This document shows positions 15,254 to 23,455 of a stretch of 23,455 nucleotides of DNA, piece by piece. Source of the stretch: Halalkalibacterium halodurans (GTDB lineage: Bacteria; Bacillota; Bacilli; Bacillales; Bacillaceae_D); contig NZ_SNUY01000004.1 of NCBI RefSeq assembly GCF_004376175.1, positions 41,799 to 65,253 on the forward strand, given 5' to 3'. The notes under the pieces were generated by a model that saw nothing but the letters and a program-made list of their open reading frames with translations, had not been told where the DNA came from and ran no database searches. Made by a program: the position numbers and the translations under genes. The stretch's first letter is position 1; each line of letters begins with the position of its first letter.

Positions 15254-15751
15254 TTACCGATTGTCTACCGTTTCAGGGTATAAATCATGGTTCATCATTC
15301 GATATTCGGCCATTTTCTCGTATTTCGTTCCAGGACGGCCATAGTTCGTATACGGGTCAATGCTAATGCCACCACGAGGAGTAAATTTACCCCACACTTC
15401 GATGTAGCGAGGGTCCATGAGCTTGATCAAATCGTTCATAATGATGTTCATCGCATCCTCATGGAAATCACCATGGTTGCGAAAGCTAAACAAGTATAGT
15501 TTCAGTGATTTACTTTCCACCATTTTTACATCGGGAATGTAGCTAATGTAAACAGTAGCAAAGTCAGGCTGTCCCGTCATTGGACAGAGTGTTGTAAATT
15601 CAGGACAGTTGAATTTCACGAAGTAATCTCGCTCTTGGTGTTTGTTTTCAAACACCTCTAAAATGTCAGGATTGTAGTCAAACGTATAGATTGTCCCTTG
15701 GTTTCCAAGCAGCGTAACCCCTTCAAGCTCTTCCTCTTTCCTTCCAGTCAC
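15254..15751 (-). CDS. queF: NADPH-dependent 7-cyano-7-deazaguanine (preQ0) reductase, unimodular type
   Basis: 165 aa with [19 protein letters not shown] (catalytic Cys) and the [20 protein letters not shown] QueF motif. Confidence 0.92.
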   Translation of the reverse strand: MTGRKEEELEGVTLLGNQGTIYTFDYNPDILEVFENKHQERDYFVKFNCPEFTTLCPMTGQPDFATVYISYIPDVKMVESKSLKLYLFSFRNHGDFHEDAMNIIMNDLIKLMDPRYIEVWGKFTPRGGISIDPYTNYGRPGTKYEKMAEYRMMNHDLYPETVDNR

Positions 15752-15779
15752 TGTTCATTCTCCTTCCAAATAAAAAGGT

Positions 15780-16490
15780 TTAGACACCACGCTTATTCCC
15801 CCACACAAGTGTATGGAGCTGCGGTAAAATTTTCGCATCGTTCATGATCGTTGAATCGGTCGCTTTGTTGATGAGCCATTCATATCGGTCAAGAAGTGTC
15901 CGTATTAAAAGGGCATTATCGCCTGTTACCGTATCCTCATTTCCAACTTGTAAAAAGAAAGGGACATGTGGATACCGTTCGTGGACATATTCTGCATAAC
16001 GAAAATCCTCATCATTAAATACGACAACCTTTAAGCTCATTTGCTTTGTATCCAATCGCTCAATGATTTGATCAAGCTTCGTAAAGTCAGTTTTCATTTG
16101 TGAACTTGGGGGTTTTGGCGAAATCGTTAAATCGTCGATTTTGAGAAACCAATCCTGCCATAAAGAGCCTTGTGTCTCTAGTGCCACACGAATGCCTTTG
16201 TCGTGAAGCTTGTCCACTAGCTCGCCTATCCCTTTATGAAGAGCAGGATTCCCGCCGGAAATGGTCACATGGGAGAAACGCTCCCCGCCGATCTCCTCCA
16301 ATTTTGCAATGATCTCATCAGCCGTCCTCAGCGTTGCTTTGAGTGAGCCGTCCCATGTGAAGGCCGAATCACACCATGAACAGCTATAATCGCATCCCCC
16401 CGTGCGAACGAACATCGTCTTTTGCCCTATGACCATTCCTTCTCCTTGAACGGTTGGACCGAAAATCTCCATTACGGGAATTCGCTTCAT
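15780..16490 (-). CDS. queE: 7-carboxy-7-deazaguanine synthase (radical SAM)
   Basis: 236 aa with the CDYSCSWCDS cluster (CX3CX2C variant typical of QueE). Sits inside the queCDEF context and overlaps queD by 4 nt. Confidence 0.9.
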   Translation of the reverse strand: MKRIPVMEIFGPTVQGEGMVIGQKTMFVRTGGCDYSCSWCDSAFTWDGSLKATLRTADEIIAKLEEIGGERFSHVTISGGNPALHKGIGELVDKLHDKGIRVALETQGSLWQDWFLKIDDLTISPKPPSSQMKTDFTKLDQIIERLDTKQMSLKVVVFNDEDFRYAEYVHERYPHVPFFLQVGNEDTVTGDNALLIRTLLDRYEWLINKATDSTIMNDAKILPQLHTLVWGNKRGV

Positions 16491-16909
16491 TCCGCCACCT
16501 TCTTTGGCCTGTACACAACATAACTTGTTGGGGTTTCTCTCACAACCACTTGGACGCAGACGGGCTTATTTGGCCGATTGTCTAAATAAGCCTGAATTCG
16601 CTCATAGATCGTCTTCGCTACCATTTCGGTTGTGGGGAAAGTCCCTTTGAATTCGTCATGGTCATTTAATAGTGTATGATCATATCGTTTATGGACGATT
16701 GTTTTTAGTTGTTTAAAGTCAACGAGAAATCCTGTTTTATCTAATTCGTCTCCAGCGATTGTCACATTGATGAAATATGTGTGCCCGTGAACATCCTGAC
16801 ATTTTCCTGCGTCTTTTGCCGGGATGAAATGGGCAGCAGCTAAGTGCATATCTTTATTTAACTCGAAGCTGTACGGATGGTGGGTTTGCGGATAAAATTG
16901 CTGCATCAT
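16487..16909 (-). CDS. queD: 6-carboxy-5,6,7,8-tetrahydropterin synthase
   Basis: 140 aa with CQDVHGHTY zinc-binding His residues of the PTPS/QueD fold. Overlaps queC by 4 nt. Confidence 0.9.
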   Translation of the reverse strand: MMQQFYPQTHHPYSFELNKDMHLAAAHFIPAKDAGKCQDVHGHTYFINVTIAGDELDKTGFLVDFKQLKTIVHKRYDHTLLNDHDEFKGTFPTTEMVAKTIYERIQAYLDNRPNKPVCVQVVVRETPTSYVVYRPKKVAE

Positions 16910-17577
16910 GCCCGGTCACCTTCTTTTTCAGCCAGATACAACTCAAGCCCGCGGCGACGTAACATACAAGCAGGACATTCCCCGCAGCCATCCCCACGAA
17001 TTCCGTGATAACACGTGAGCGTCTTTTCTCGTACAAAGTCCAAAGCCCCTAATTCATCTGCTAGCTTCCACGTCTCTGCCTTATCTAACCACATAAGCGG
17101 CGTATGAATGACAAATTGGTCATCCATCGCCAAATTTAATGTGACATTTAGCGATTTTATAAACACGTCGCGACAGTCAGGATAGCCGCTATAGTCTGTT
17201 TCACACACTCCGGTGACAAGGTGGCGCGCACCGATTTGCTTGGCGTATACAGCAGCAAACGAAAGAAACAATTGATTGCGCCCTGGGACGAACGTAGACG
17301 GGAGCTCACCGTTCTCTCCATCTTTTACTGCAATCTCCTCTCTCGTAAGCGCACTTTCTGTTAATTGATTCAGCAACGTCATATCGAGTACGCGGAACGA
17401 AACCCCAAGCTGTTCAGCAATTTCCTTTGCACACTCAATTTCCTCGGCATGACGCTGGCCATAATCGAACGTCACTGTCGCCACTTCATCAAATGTTTTC
17501 AATGCCCAAAACAGGCATGTCGTACTATCTTGGCCGCCACTGAACACTACGACGGCTTTCTTTTTTTTGTTTTCCAT
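16906..17577 (-). CDS. queC: 7-cyano-7-deazaguanine synthase
   Basis: 223 aa with PP-loop [13 protein letters not shown] and a C-terminal zinc cluster [16 protein letters not shown]. Confidence 0.92.
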   Translation of the reverse strand: MENKKKKAVVVFSGGQDSTTCLFWALKTFDEVATVTFDYGQRHAEEIECAKEIAEQLGVSFRVLDMTLLNQLTESALTREEIAVKDGENGELPSTFVPGRNQLFLSFAAVYAKQIGARHLVTGVCETDYSGYPDCRDVFIKSLNVTLNLAMDDQFVIHTPLMWLDKAETWKLADELGALDFVREKTLTCYHGIRGDGCGECPACMLRRRGLELYLAEKEGDRA

Positions 17578-17669
17578 CTTCCCTCATTCTCCTTTCACAA
17601 CAGAGCGGTTTCCCCTCTTACCTATCGTGAAGAACGAGCTCGAAAAACCCTCGCCGGCTAGCGGCAAAC

Positions 17670-17740
17670 GAAAAGAAAACTGTACCGCTTGATACAGCCT
17701 TGCCTTAGTTTTTTATAGAGGGAGTTCGCGAACCTCTCTC
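17670..17740 (-). promoter_or_regulatory. preQ1-I riboswitch (aptamer 17703-17739) with a putative terminator expression platform (17670-17699)
   Basis: The minus strand reads AGAGGTTCGCGAACTCCCTCTATAAAAAACTAAGG, near-identical in pattern to the B. subtilis queC preQ1-I aptamer (P1 AGAGG/CCUCU, A-rich tail, CUAAGG). A short stem CTGTA/TACAG plus TTTTCTTTTC follows, then the queC SD. Confidence 0.85.
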
Positions 17741-17777
17741 ACAGAAAACCTGTGAATTTCTTCATGGCAATACGGCT

Positions 17778-17806
17778 ATTATACTATAGCTTATCCAGTT
17801 TGGGTA
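17778..17806 (-). promoter_or_regulatory. Candidate promoter of the riboswitch-queCDEF unit
   Basis: The minus strand has TATAAT (plus coordinates 17778-17783) about 35 nt upstream of the aptamer. The -35 is weak (TACCCA with 17-nt spacing). Confidence 0.35.
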
Positions 17807-17891
17807 GCGTCATCCTTTTCTTACTATGAAAAAGTTGGTAAGATAATTTTGTAATCCACGGGAACGAATAGATAATGAAATGAGGGATAAC

Positions 17892-19124
17892 ATGACAACG
17901 TTTCAAGAAAACCTAGAAAAATACGCAGAACTTGCCGTAAAGGTAGGGGTCAACATTCAACCTGGGCAAACCTTAGTCATCCGCACGCCGATTTCAGCTT
18001 TGGAACTCGTCCGCCTCGTGGCGAAAAAAGCTTATGAAGCTGGAGCAAAAAATGTTCATGTCGAATGGAGCGATGAAGAGCTTACGCGGACAAAGTTCCA
18101 TTTGGCACCAGATGAAGCGTTCCACGAGTATCCAGCATGGATTGCCAAAGGGTTTGAAGAGCTAGCGGAAAACGGTGCAGCGTTTTTGTCGATTACCGGT
18201 CAAGATCCGGATCTATTGAAGGATGCCGATCCTGAACGAGTTGCCAACTTAAACAAAGCCGGGGGGAAAGCTTTAAAAACATTCCGCTCGTATATTATGG
18301 CTGATAAAGTGAGCTGGTCGATTGTAGCCGCCCCTTCAGAAGGTTGGGCGAAGAAAATATTCCCAGACGAATCTAAAGATCGGGCAGTTGAGAAGCTTTG
18401 GGAGGCAATCTTTGCCGCTACGCGTACTGACCAAGCAGACCCTGTTGCCGCATGGAAAAACCATTTGAAGACATTGGATGAGAAGATGAACGAACTGAAC
18501 AAACGTCGCTACCATGCCCTCCATTACAAAGCACCTGGTACGGATTTAACGATTGAATTGCCTGACACACACTTATGGGTGTCTGGTGGGAGCACAAATA
18601 AAGATGGCGTTGACTTTGTCGCCAATATTCCGACAGAGGAAGTGTTCACCGCAGCCAAGAAAACAGGTGTCAACGGAACAGTAACCAACACGAAGCCATT
18701 GAACTATGGCGGTACATTAATTGATCAATTCACGCTCACGTTTAAAGACGGGAAAGTCGTTGATTTTACTGCCGAACAAGGATACGAAACGTTGAAACGG
18801 TTGCTGGATACTGATGAAGGTGCCCGGTACATTGGTGAGGTTGCTCTCGTGCCACATCAGTCACCTATTTCAGAAACAGATTTAATTTTCTATAATACCC
18901 TTTTTGACGAAAACGCCTCCAATCATTTAGCCATCGGGACGGCCTATGCGTTTAACATTGAAGGCGGGAAAGAGATGAGTGAAGAGGAGCTTGAGCAGGC
19001 CGGAATCAATACGAGCATCACACACGTTGACTTCATGATTGGCAGCAGTGAAATGGACATTGACGGTATAACAAAAGATGGAAAGCGCGAGCCTGTGTTC
19101 CGTAAAGGAAATTGGGCGTTCTAA
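17892..19124 (+). CDS. ampS: Aminopeptidase S/PepS (peptidase family M29)
   Basis: M29 hallmark N-terminus FQENLEKYAELAVKVGVNIQPGQTLVI and C-terminal ...NASNHLAIG...HVDFMIGS. I prefer the ATG at 17892 (GAGGG 5 nt upstream) over the ORF track's ATG at 17880. Confidence 0.88.
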   Translation: MTTFQENLEKYAELAVKVGVNIQPGQTLVIRTPISALELVRLVAKKAYEAGAKNVHVEWSDEELTRTKFHLAPDEAFHEYPAWIAKGFEELAENGAAFLSITGQDPDLLKDADPERVANLNKAGGKALKTFRSYIMADKVSWSIVAAPSEGWAKKIFPDESKDRAVEKLWEAIFAATRTDQADPVAAWKNHLKTLDEKMNELNKRRYHALHYKAPGTDLTIELPDTHLWVSGGSTNKDGVDFVANIPTEEVFTAAKKTGVNGTVTNTKPLNYGGTLIDQFTLTFKDGKVVDFTAEQGYETLKRLLDTDEGARYIGEVALVPHQSPISETDLIFYNTLFDENASNHLAIGTAYAFNIEGGKEMSEEELEQAGINTSITHVDFMIGSSEMDIDGITKDGKREPVFRKGNWAF

Positions 19125-19133
19125 TTTGCCAAA

Positions 19134-19163
19134 AGCCAACCATTCCCAGTGGTTGGTTTTTTC
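19134..19163 (+). terminator. Rho-independent terminator of ampS
   Basis: Stem CCAACCA (19136-19142) / TGGTTGG (19150-19156), followed by TTTTTT. Confidence 0.7.
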
Positions 19164-19199
19164 GTTTTGGACACACTTAGAAAAAAGGAGGAATGCCTT

Positions 19200-19430
19200 A
19201 TGAGTCCAAGTTATATTTGTCCTCAATGTAAAACGAACCGTTCTCGGTTTCACTTCATCGAACAACAAGCGGAGGCCGTCAAGCTTGATCCCCAGACAGG
19301 TGAAGTCATCCAAACATATGCCCAAGAACAATTAGAGCCTTTCCATATGCCATACCGAGGACCGCAAATGAGAGTCCAATGCGGGGCGTGTGGTCTTATT
19401 GAGGATGAACGTCAATTTGTTCGGTCATAA
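19200..19430 (+). CDS. Small zinc-ribbon protein (two CxxC pairs), function unknown
   Basis: 76 aa starting from the ATG at 19200, preceded by AAGGAGG at 6-nt spacing. Contains CPQC near the N-terminus and CGAC near the C-terminus. The ORF track's upstream extension to 19149 lacks an RBS and overlaps the ampS terminator. Confidence 0.6.
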   Translation: MSPSYICPQCKTNRSRFHFIEQQAEAVKLDPQTGEVIQTYAQEQLEPFHMPYRGPQMRVQCGACGLIEDERQFVRS

Positions 19431-20044
19431 GAAAATTCAAGCTTTACTCTCGCGACGATTTCCATTTGCTGTGGTTCGATAGGCGGACCGACAGTTGCAG
19501 CAAGGGCATATGCTTGCCTTTGAATGGTCACTGGTCCGTCTATCAACTCCCTCATGTTCACAGGAGGCTGTTCCAACTCAACCATGCTGGCACCTGCCAT
19601 CGCCTGAGCATGGTCATAGCCTCTTTGTACAGCTAGCTGCAGTGCCTGCTGATAGTGAGCCTCCTCATCAGATACTTTAAACCGAAGATCTCGTGTCTCG
19701 TTCGCCCCATGCGCAAATGCTTCAGCGTATACCTCTCCTACAACAGTTAAATCATCGACAGTCACGTCAAACCAAGTAACAGCAGAATAGCCACGAACGA
19801 TTTGTTCGCCATTTACAAATTCGTAGATCGGTGAGACGGAATAGGCCAAAGTTTCGATTTGTTCTACTCCTCTCATTCGCTGCAAAGCCCCTACCACCGC
19901 TTGAGCTCGTTCATTATTTTCTCTCACTGCTTCTTCCACATTTGAATGAGTCGTGGACACACCGATGCTAAGCACGACCACATCCGCCTGCACAGTAACC
20001 TTGCCTTCCCCTACCACTGTTAGCCTTCCGTGCTCATTTGTCAT
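19412..20044 (-). CDS. SIMPL/DUF541 domain protein
   Basis: [23 protein letters not shown]...[19 protein letters not shown]... is typical of SIMPL/DUF541. I prefer the ATG at 20044 (MTNEHG..., SD AAAGGGGGAA 7 nt upstream) over the track's start at 20131. Confidence 0.7.
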   Translation of the reverse strand: MTNEHGRLTVVGEGKVTVQADVVVLSIGVSTTHSNVEEAVRENNERAQAVVGALQRMRGVEQIETLAYSVSPIYEFVNGEQIVRGYSAVTWFDVTVDDLTVVGEVYAEAFAHGANETRDLRFKVSDEEAHYQQALQLAVQRGYDHAQAMAGASMVELEQPPVNMRELIDGPVTIQRQAYALAATVGPPIEPQQMEIVARVKLEFSYDRTN

Positions 20045-20141
20045 GAAACGATTCCCCCTTTGGGCATTGCTGTGATAAATCATATGTGCCGCATTCTCAA
20101 TAGGTTCGTTTTTTGTCTTTGCTTCGTACAACCAGCTATGA

Positions 20142-20292
20142 GCAAGAAAGAGACTGGGACAAAACGAGCCAAGCGTAAAAAAAGATCCAGATCATTTTAT
20201 TTTGATGATCCGAACCTTTTTCTGTTACTTCATGAGATGTCTGTTTGATCGGCGTTTATGGCCGTATACTTTTCGTAAGTTCTATCCACACG
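20142..20292 (-). repeat. Copy B of the inverted repeat family (partner of 1729-1866), partly decayed
   Basis: The 26-nt perfect core is at 20191-20216. The left hairpin arm is mutated (GATCCAGATCAT instead of GGTTCGAATCAT), and there is a 19-nt insertion and a 1-nt indel relative to copy A. Confidence 0.7.
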
Positions 20293-20419
20293 CATAACTA
20301 GACGGACGTTTTCAAGTTGATGGTCAAAATCACGAGACGCCTGCGGAAAAAGCAACAAGTGGTTTATGAAACAATCAACCCCATATAAAATAAACTGTGT
20401 TTTGTACTAGCCTCTTCGG

Positions 20420-21577
20420 TCACCATCCAGAAAATAGAGATAGGGACTGTTTTCCGATGAGAAATCCACCGATAGCATAAGCTTCAAGCCGATCCTTAAT
20501 CGCCACTTGGGCAGAAGGTACGTCATCAATGACGAGTTCATATGGTTTAGCGTCCATATCGTCATAGAACGACTTTTTCAAAAACATCGAAGCCTGATGA
20601 AGAGCATCATCCCCTCTCTCCATTACTTCATAAAAGGAAACGAATCCGTGCATCACACCATTGTAGCGGATCGCTTGCACGGGAACACCTGCATCTGCCA
20701 AGCTTTGTGCATACATTTCTCCTTCATCCCGGAGTGGGTCAAACTCAGCAGTTACAACAAAGGCCGGTGGAACCCCTTCCAAATCAGCATTCAGCGGAGA
20801 AGTGTAGGGATTTAACCACGACTCTTGCTGAGGCGTATATTTCTCTCGAGCCTGAACCATAACCGCTCGCGATAGCAGATAATAGCCGCTATCATAATGA
20901 TCCCGCGAAGGAAATGCGACATCTTGGAAGGTCGTAAGGGGATATAACAATACTTGGGCGGAAATCTCAGGACCTTCTCGATCTCTTGCCATTAGCGAAA
21001 CGACAGTGGCGATATTGCCTCCTGCACTATCCCCAACAACTGCAACATTTGCTGGGTCTCCGTTAAACAACTCAGCATTTTTTGAAATCCAATCAAGTGC
21101 ATCATAGCTATCTTCAATCGCTGTTGGAAACGGGTGACCTGGAGCCACGCGATAGCCAACCGCAACGACAATACTGCCTGTCCGGACCGCCAAAGCGCGA
21201 ACGATATTATCATGGGTGTTAATGTCCCCATATCCTTCTAAAAATGCCCCGCCATGATAATACAAAATAATTGGATGGGGTCCACTTGCTTTAGGCTGAT
21301 ACACTCGAGCTGGTATCGATGCCCCGTCTGAAACAGGTATTTGAATCAACTCTGTCTTAAATCGTGAATGTCCATTTGATTGTGTAAGAAATTTCGGTGG
21401 ACGCATGTCAGGAGTTACTAAATTATGATGAATAGCATGGAGTAGTACAGCGGTTTTCGGAGGAACTTTTCCAGCTTCCGTATGGGACCAATATTCCACG
21501 AACGTGATCGAAATGATCATAAAACCTACGATAGCTGAAACAATTGCGAGTAAAACCGTTTGGAATATCCTGATCAT
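20420..21577 (-). CDS. Membrane-anchored alpha/beta hydrolase, hormone-sensitive-lipase (family IV) type esterase
   Basis: YYHGGAFLEG (HGG oxyanion motif), GDSAGGN (GxSxG), DPLRDEG and MHGF for the catalytic triad; N-terminal TM LLAIVSAIVGFMIISITF. I prefer the ATG at 21577 (AGGAGGAA 7 nt upstream) over the track's TTG at 21637. Confidence 0.8.
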   Translation of the reverse strand: MIRIFQTVLLAIVSAIVGFMIISITFVEYWSHTEAGKVPPKTAVLLHAIHHNLVTPDMRPPKFLTQSNGHSRFKTELIQIPVSDGASIPARVYQPKASGPHPIILYYHGGAFLEGYGDINTHDNIVRALAVRTGSIVVAVGYRVAPGHPFPTAIEDSYDALDWISKNAELFNGDPANVAVVGDSAGGNIATVVSLMARDREGPEISAQVLLYPLTTFQDVAFPSRDHYDSGYYLLSRAVMVQAREKYTPQQESWLNPYTSPLNADLEGVPPAFVVTAEFDPLRDEGEMYAQSLADAGVPVQAIRYNGVMHGFVSFYEVMERGDDALHQASMFLKKSFYDDMDAKPYELVIDDVPSAQVAIKDRLEAYAIGGFLIGKQSLSLFSGW

Positions 21578-21663
21578 ACGCTGCTTCCTCCTAACTCTAA
21601 GATAGACTCTCGGCATTCGCCGAGCTTTGTGGTTCAAGGATTTTCCTCAAACCAATTTATTTC

Positions 21664-21691
21664 ATCCCTCCTATTTTAGGTGGGATTTTTT
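21664..21691 (+). terminator. Terminator-like hairpin at or just inside the left edge of the IS
   Basis: ATCCCTCCTA (21664-21673) pairs with TAGGTGGGAT (21677-21686) with one mismatch, followed by TTTTTT. No plus-strand gene lies upstream, so it may shield the transposase gene from read-in transcription. Confidence 0.4.
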
Positions 21692-21833
21692 AATGTTCAT
21701 TTTTTAAAACTGGAAATTAATTATCAAAATATTTTCTCGAATTCGACAAGAAACACTTGACTTTTCAAAAACACCACAATAATCGCCGGTGAAGGGATTA
21801 TTTTCCCTTACTACTTGTGATTGAGGTGCCAAA

Positions 21834-23336
21834 ATGAAACCAACGTTTATTGCACACGAAACTTATCAAAACTTCGTTCTAAATCAGTTAAATGCCCATT
21901 ATTCTGGCGGCATTCTTACCCTTGTTAATAAGGATTGGCCAGTAATTAAAAAGCTTTGGATAACTGATCTCTCTTCGGTAACTACATGGCTTGGTGATTC
22001 CTATTCCAAAAAGGGACCAAAGCCTCGTGACCCTGCTTCTATGATGCGTTCTTATCTGCTTTCATTATTTGTTCAACCTACAAAAGGTATTACTCATTGG
22101 GTTGATCAACTTCGTCGCGTTCCGTTGTATGCAATTCTTAGCGGTTTTGAACCCGGTGACACACCAGGTGTTGGAACATTTGAAGACTTTTTCAAACGTT
22201 TATGGGCCTTCGAAAGCCCGAATGTTATGCCGAAGGTCAAACCTAAAAAGAAAAAGTCAAAAAAGAAAAAGAAGCCTAAAAAGGGTGAAAAAGCTGAACC
22301 TAAGAATCCCGGAATTGTTCGTAAACTCGTTGATCGGGCAATGCGTTATGGTTCCAAACAAAAACAACTGCCAGGAGACCGATTATTTGAGTTTTTTCAA
22401 TCCCAATTTTTAGCGGTTTCTACGAAACTTGGTCTTCTTGGGGATCCCGAAGCTCTAGGTGTAGTTGGAGATGGGACACCAATTGAAACAGCTAGGTACC
22501 CGAGAAGTAAATCAACCTGTAATTGTAGTGCCCAAGGACTAACGAACTGTACTCACCCACGCCAGTATTCACAACCCGACATCGACTCAGGCTGGGATAG
22601 TTCTAAGGAAAAGTACTTCAACGGATATCATCTCTACATGATATCCACTAGCGATAGCCAATACGACTTACCGCTATATCCACGGCTGCATCCTGCTTCC
22701 CGGCATGATTCAGTCAGCCTAGTGGTTAGTTCAATTGAATTTTCGCAACGGTACACCTTGGGCACGATTGATAAAATTCTTCTTGATGCAGCGCACGATG
22801 CTGAGGCCATTTATGAGCTACTTGAACATCAAAATGTGGAACCCTTCATCGATTTAAATGTTCGAACAAAGAAGAACTTTAGTACAGAAAGTGATATTCA
22901 AATATCTCCAACAGGTGTTCCAATCTGTCCGATTGGGAAGGAGATGAAGCCCAACGGGTTTGACAAATCTCAAAATCGGCAAAAATGGCGTTGTCCACTT
23001 GCTTGCGGTACCAAAAATACATGCTCATCACCGTGTTCAAAAGCAAAATATGGTCGGACATTCCATACATTCAGAGAGGATAATCTACGATTATTTACCA
23101 AAACACCAAGGTCCTCTGAAAAGTGGAAACTTATATACAAACGAAGAACCTCTGTTGAACGTTCTAATAAAAGAGAAAAAATAGATTATCACTTGGAATC
23201 TGGACGCCACCGGTCAACAAAAATGTGGTACATTCGCCTATACGCCATAATGATGTGTCAGCACATCGATGCTTGGTACAGCAGTCAGAAAGAGCAGTTA
23301 AATATTGAAGAAATCATCTTTCCTAAAGCCGCCTAG
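21834..23336 (+). CDS. DDE transposase, IS4/IS5 superfamily
   Basis: 500 aa. Candidate DDE residues in VVGDGTPIE, LLDAAHDAEAIY and YKRRTSVERSNKREK (Y-2-R-3-E-6-K). N-terminal DPASMMRSYLL resembles the InsH/DUF772-type N-domain. It also has a Lys-rich tract KPKKKKSKKKKKPKKGEK and Cys clusters. Confidence 0.8.
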   Translation: MKPTFIAHETYQNFVLNQLNAHYSGGILTLVNKDWPVIKKLWITDLSSVTTWLGDSYSKKGPKPRDPASMMRSYLLSLFVQPTKGITHWVDQLRRVPLYAILSGFEPGDTPGVGTFEDFFKRLWAFESPNVMPKVKPKKKKSKKKKKPKKGEKAEPKNPGIVRKLVDRAMRYGSKQKQLPGDRLFEFFQSQFLAVSTKLGLLGDPEALGVVGDGTPIETARYPRSKSTCNCSAQGLTNCTHPRQYSQPDIDSGWDSSKEKYFNGYHLYMISTSDSQYDLPLYPRLHPASRHDSVSLVVSSIEFSQRYTLGTIDKILLDAAHDAEAIYELLEHQNVEPFIDLNVRTKKNFSTESDIQISPTGVPICPIGKEMKPNGFDKSQNRQKWRCPLACGTKNTCSSPCSKAKYGRTFHTFREDNLRLFTKTPRSSEKWKLIYKRRTSVERSNKREKIDYHLESGRHRSTKMWYIRLYAIMMCQHIDAWYSSQKEQLNIEEIIFPKAA

Positions 23337-23455
23337 TCAATTTTTAAAAAAATAATGGCAATAGGTTTCTTTGTCATGCACATTTTTGAAAATACAATGA
23401 AAATAATGAGTGTGCAGGCCATTCCAATCCAATTTCCAGTAATTTTGGTTCATTT

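Larger units (their letters stand above)
21660..23455 (+). mobile_element. IS4/IS5-superfamily insertion sequence (IS1182-like?), running to or past the window end
   Basis: Single DDE transposase ORF. Imperfect inverted matches occur between 21691-21720 (AATGTTCATTTTTTAAAACTGGAAATT) and the reverse complement of 23431-23455 (AAATGAACCAAAATTACTGGAAATT), plus subterminal TTTTCAAAAA on both sides. The exact ends are unresolved. Confidence 0.5.

Noticed and set aside
16854-17661. ORFs 16854-17036 (minus) and 17365-17661 (plus) overlapping queC/queD and the riboswitch leader
   Set aside because: They are out of frame or antisense to genes with unambiguous catalytic motifs, and the plus-strand ORF runs through the preQ1 aptamer region.
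18200-19331. Minus-strand ORFs 18200-18502, 18336-18524 and 18927-19331, antisense to ampS and the zinc-ribbon gene
   Set aside because: They show no RBS or motifs, and 18927-19331 crosses the ampS terminator. I treat them as shadows.
20030-20248. 72-aa plus-strand ORF with a basic segment MSKKETGTKRAKRKKRS
   Set aside because: It overlaps the 5' end of the SIMPL gene and the decayed repeat, and no RBS precedes either ATG. The equivalent frame in copy A has no start codon.
1729-20292. Treating the segment between the inverted repeats and IS elements as a composite transposon or genomic island
   Set aside because: The two IS elements are unrelated. The repeats are short and diverged. The interior holds core genes (queCDEF with its riboswitch, gapN, ampS). 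Only the EPS operon flank looks plausibly accessory.
22240-22290. The A-rich lysine tract in the transposase gene as a programmed -1 frameshift site, with the overlapping ORF 22069-22413 as a second frame
   Set aside because: The transposase reads through the tract in a single frame, with the DDE and YREK motifs downstream in the same frame. IS4/IS5-type elements do not normally use frameshifting, and the alternative-frame ORF has no recognisable domain.
1-23455. Scan for CRISPR arrays, tRNA or rRNA genes, and recognisable defence-system genes (nucleases, helicases, ATPases, methyltransferases)
   Set aside because: No regularly spaced direct repeats and no cloverleaf or rRNA-like sequences were found in the intergenic regions. 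None of the ORF translations show defence-type motifs.

Overview
The window looks like a Bacillaceae-type (Firmicutes) chromosome segment: Shine-Dalgarno sites of the AGGAGG type, sigma-A-like promoters, rho-independent terminators and a preQ1-I riboswitch. Gene calls rest on motifs read by eye in the supplied translations; no database search was run. Two unrelated IS transposase genes sit at the edges: an ISLre2/UPF0236-type at 54-1394 and an IS4/IS5-superfamily DDE type with a Y-2-R-3-E-6-K motif at 21834-23336. The most interesting content is a tightly packed minus-strand operon (10063 down to 1873). It reads as a c-di-GMP-wired, synthase-dependent exopolysaccharide machine of unusual composition. 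In transcription order it encodes: a REC-GGDEF diguanylate cyclase whose receiver has Glu at the phospho-acceptor position; a pseudo-receiver plus degenerate GGDEF protein (GGDEF replaced by DAEDE, RxxD I-site kept); a canonical receiver that appears to be the frameshifted C-terminus of that same protein (A6 tract at 8142-8147); a membrane-anchored HEAT-repeat protein; a processive family-2 glycosyltransferase (DxD, GED, QRxRW); and a 1091-aa N-terminally anchored, very acidic protein with a clan GH-A-like barrel. No PilZ domain, BcsB, CE4 deacetylase, Wzx/Wzy, phosphodiesterase or histidine kinase was recognised. The rest is mostly housekeeping: a nitroreductase, gapN, an LMW protein-tyrosine phosphatase, an acidic lipoprotein, a half-length erythromycin-esterase-family ORF, queCDEF behind a preQ1-I riboswitch, aminopeptidase AmpS, a small zinc-ribbon protein, a SIMPL/DUF541 protein and a membrane-anchored HSL-type esterase. 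An imperfect inverted repeat of about 130-150 nt (26-nt perfect core) occurs at about 1729-1866 and 20142-20292. It brackets about 18 kb and carries a terminator hairpin plus a nested stem structure. No rRNA, tRNA or CRISPR array was found.
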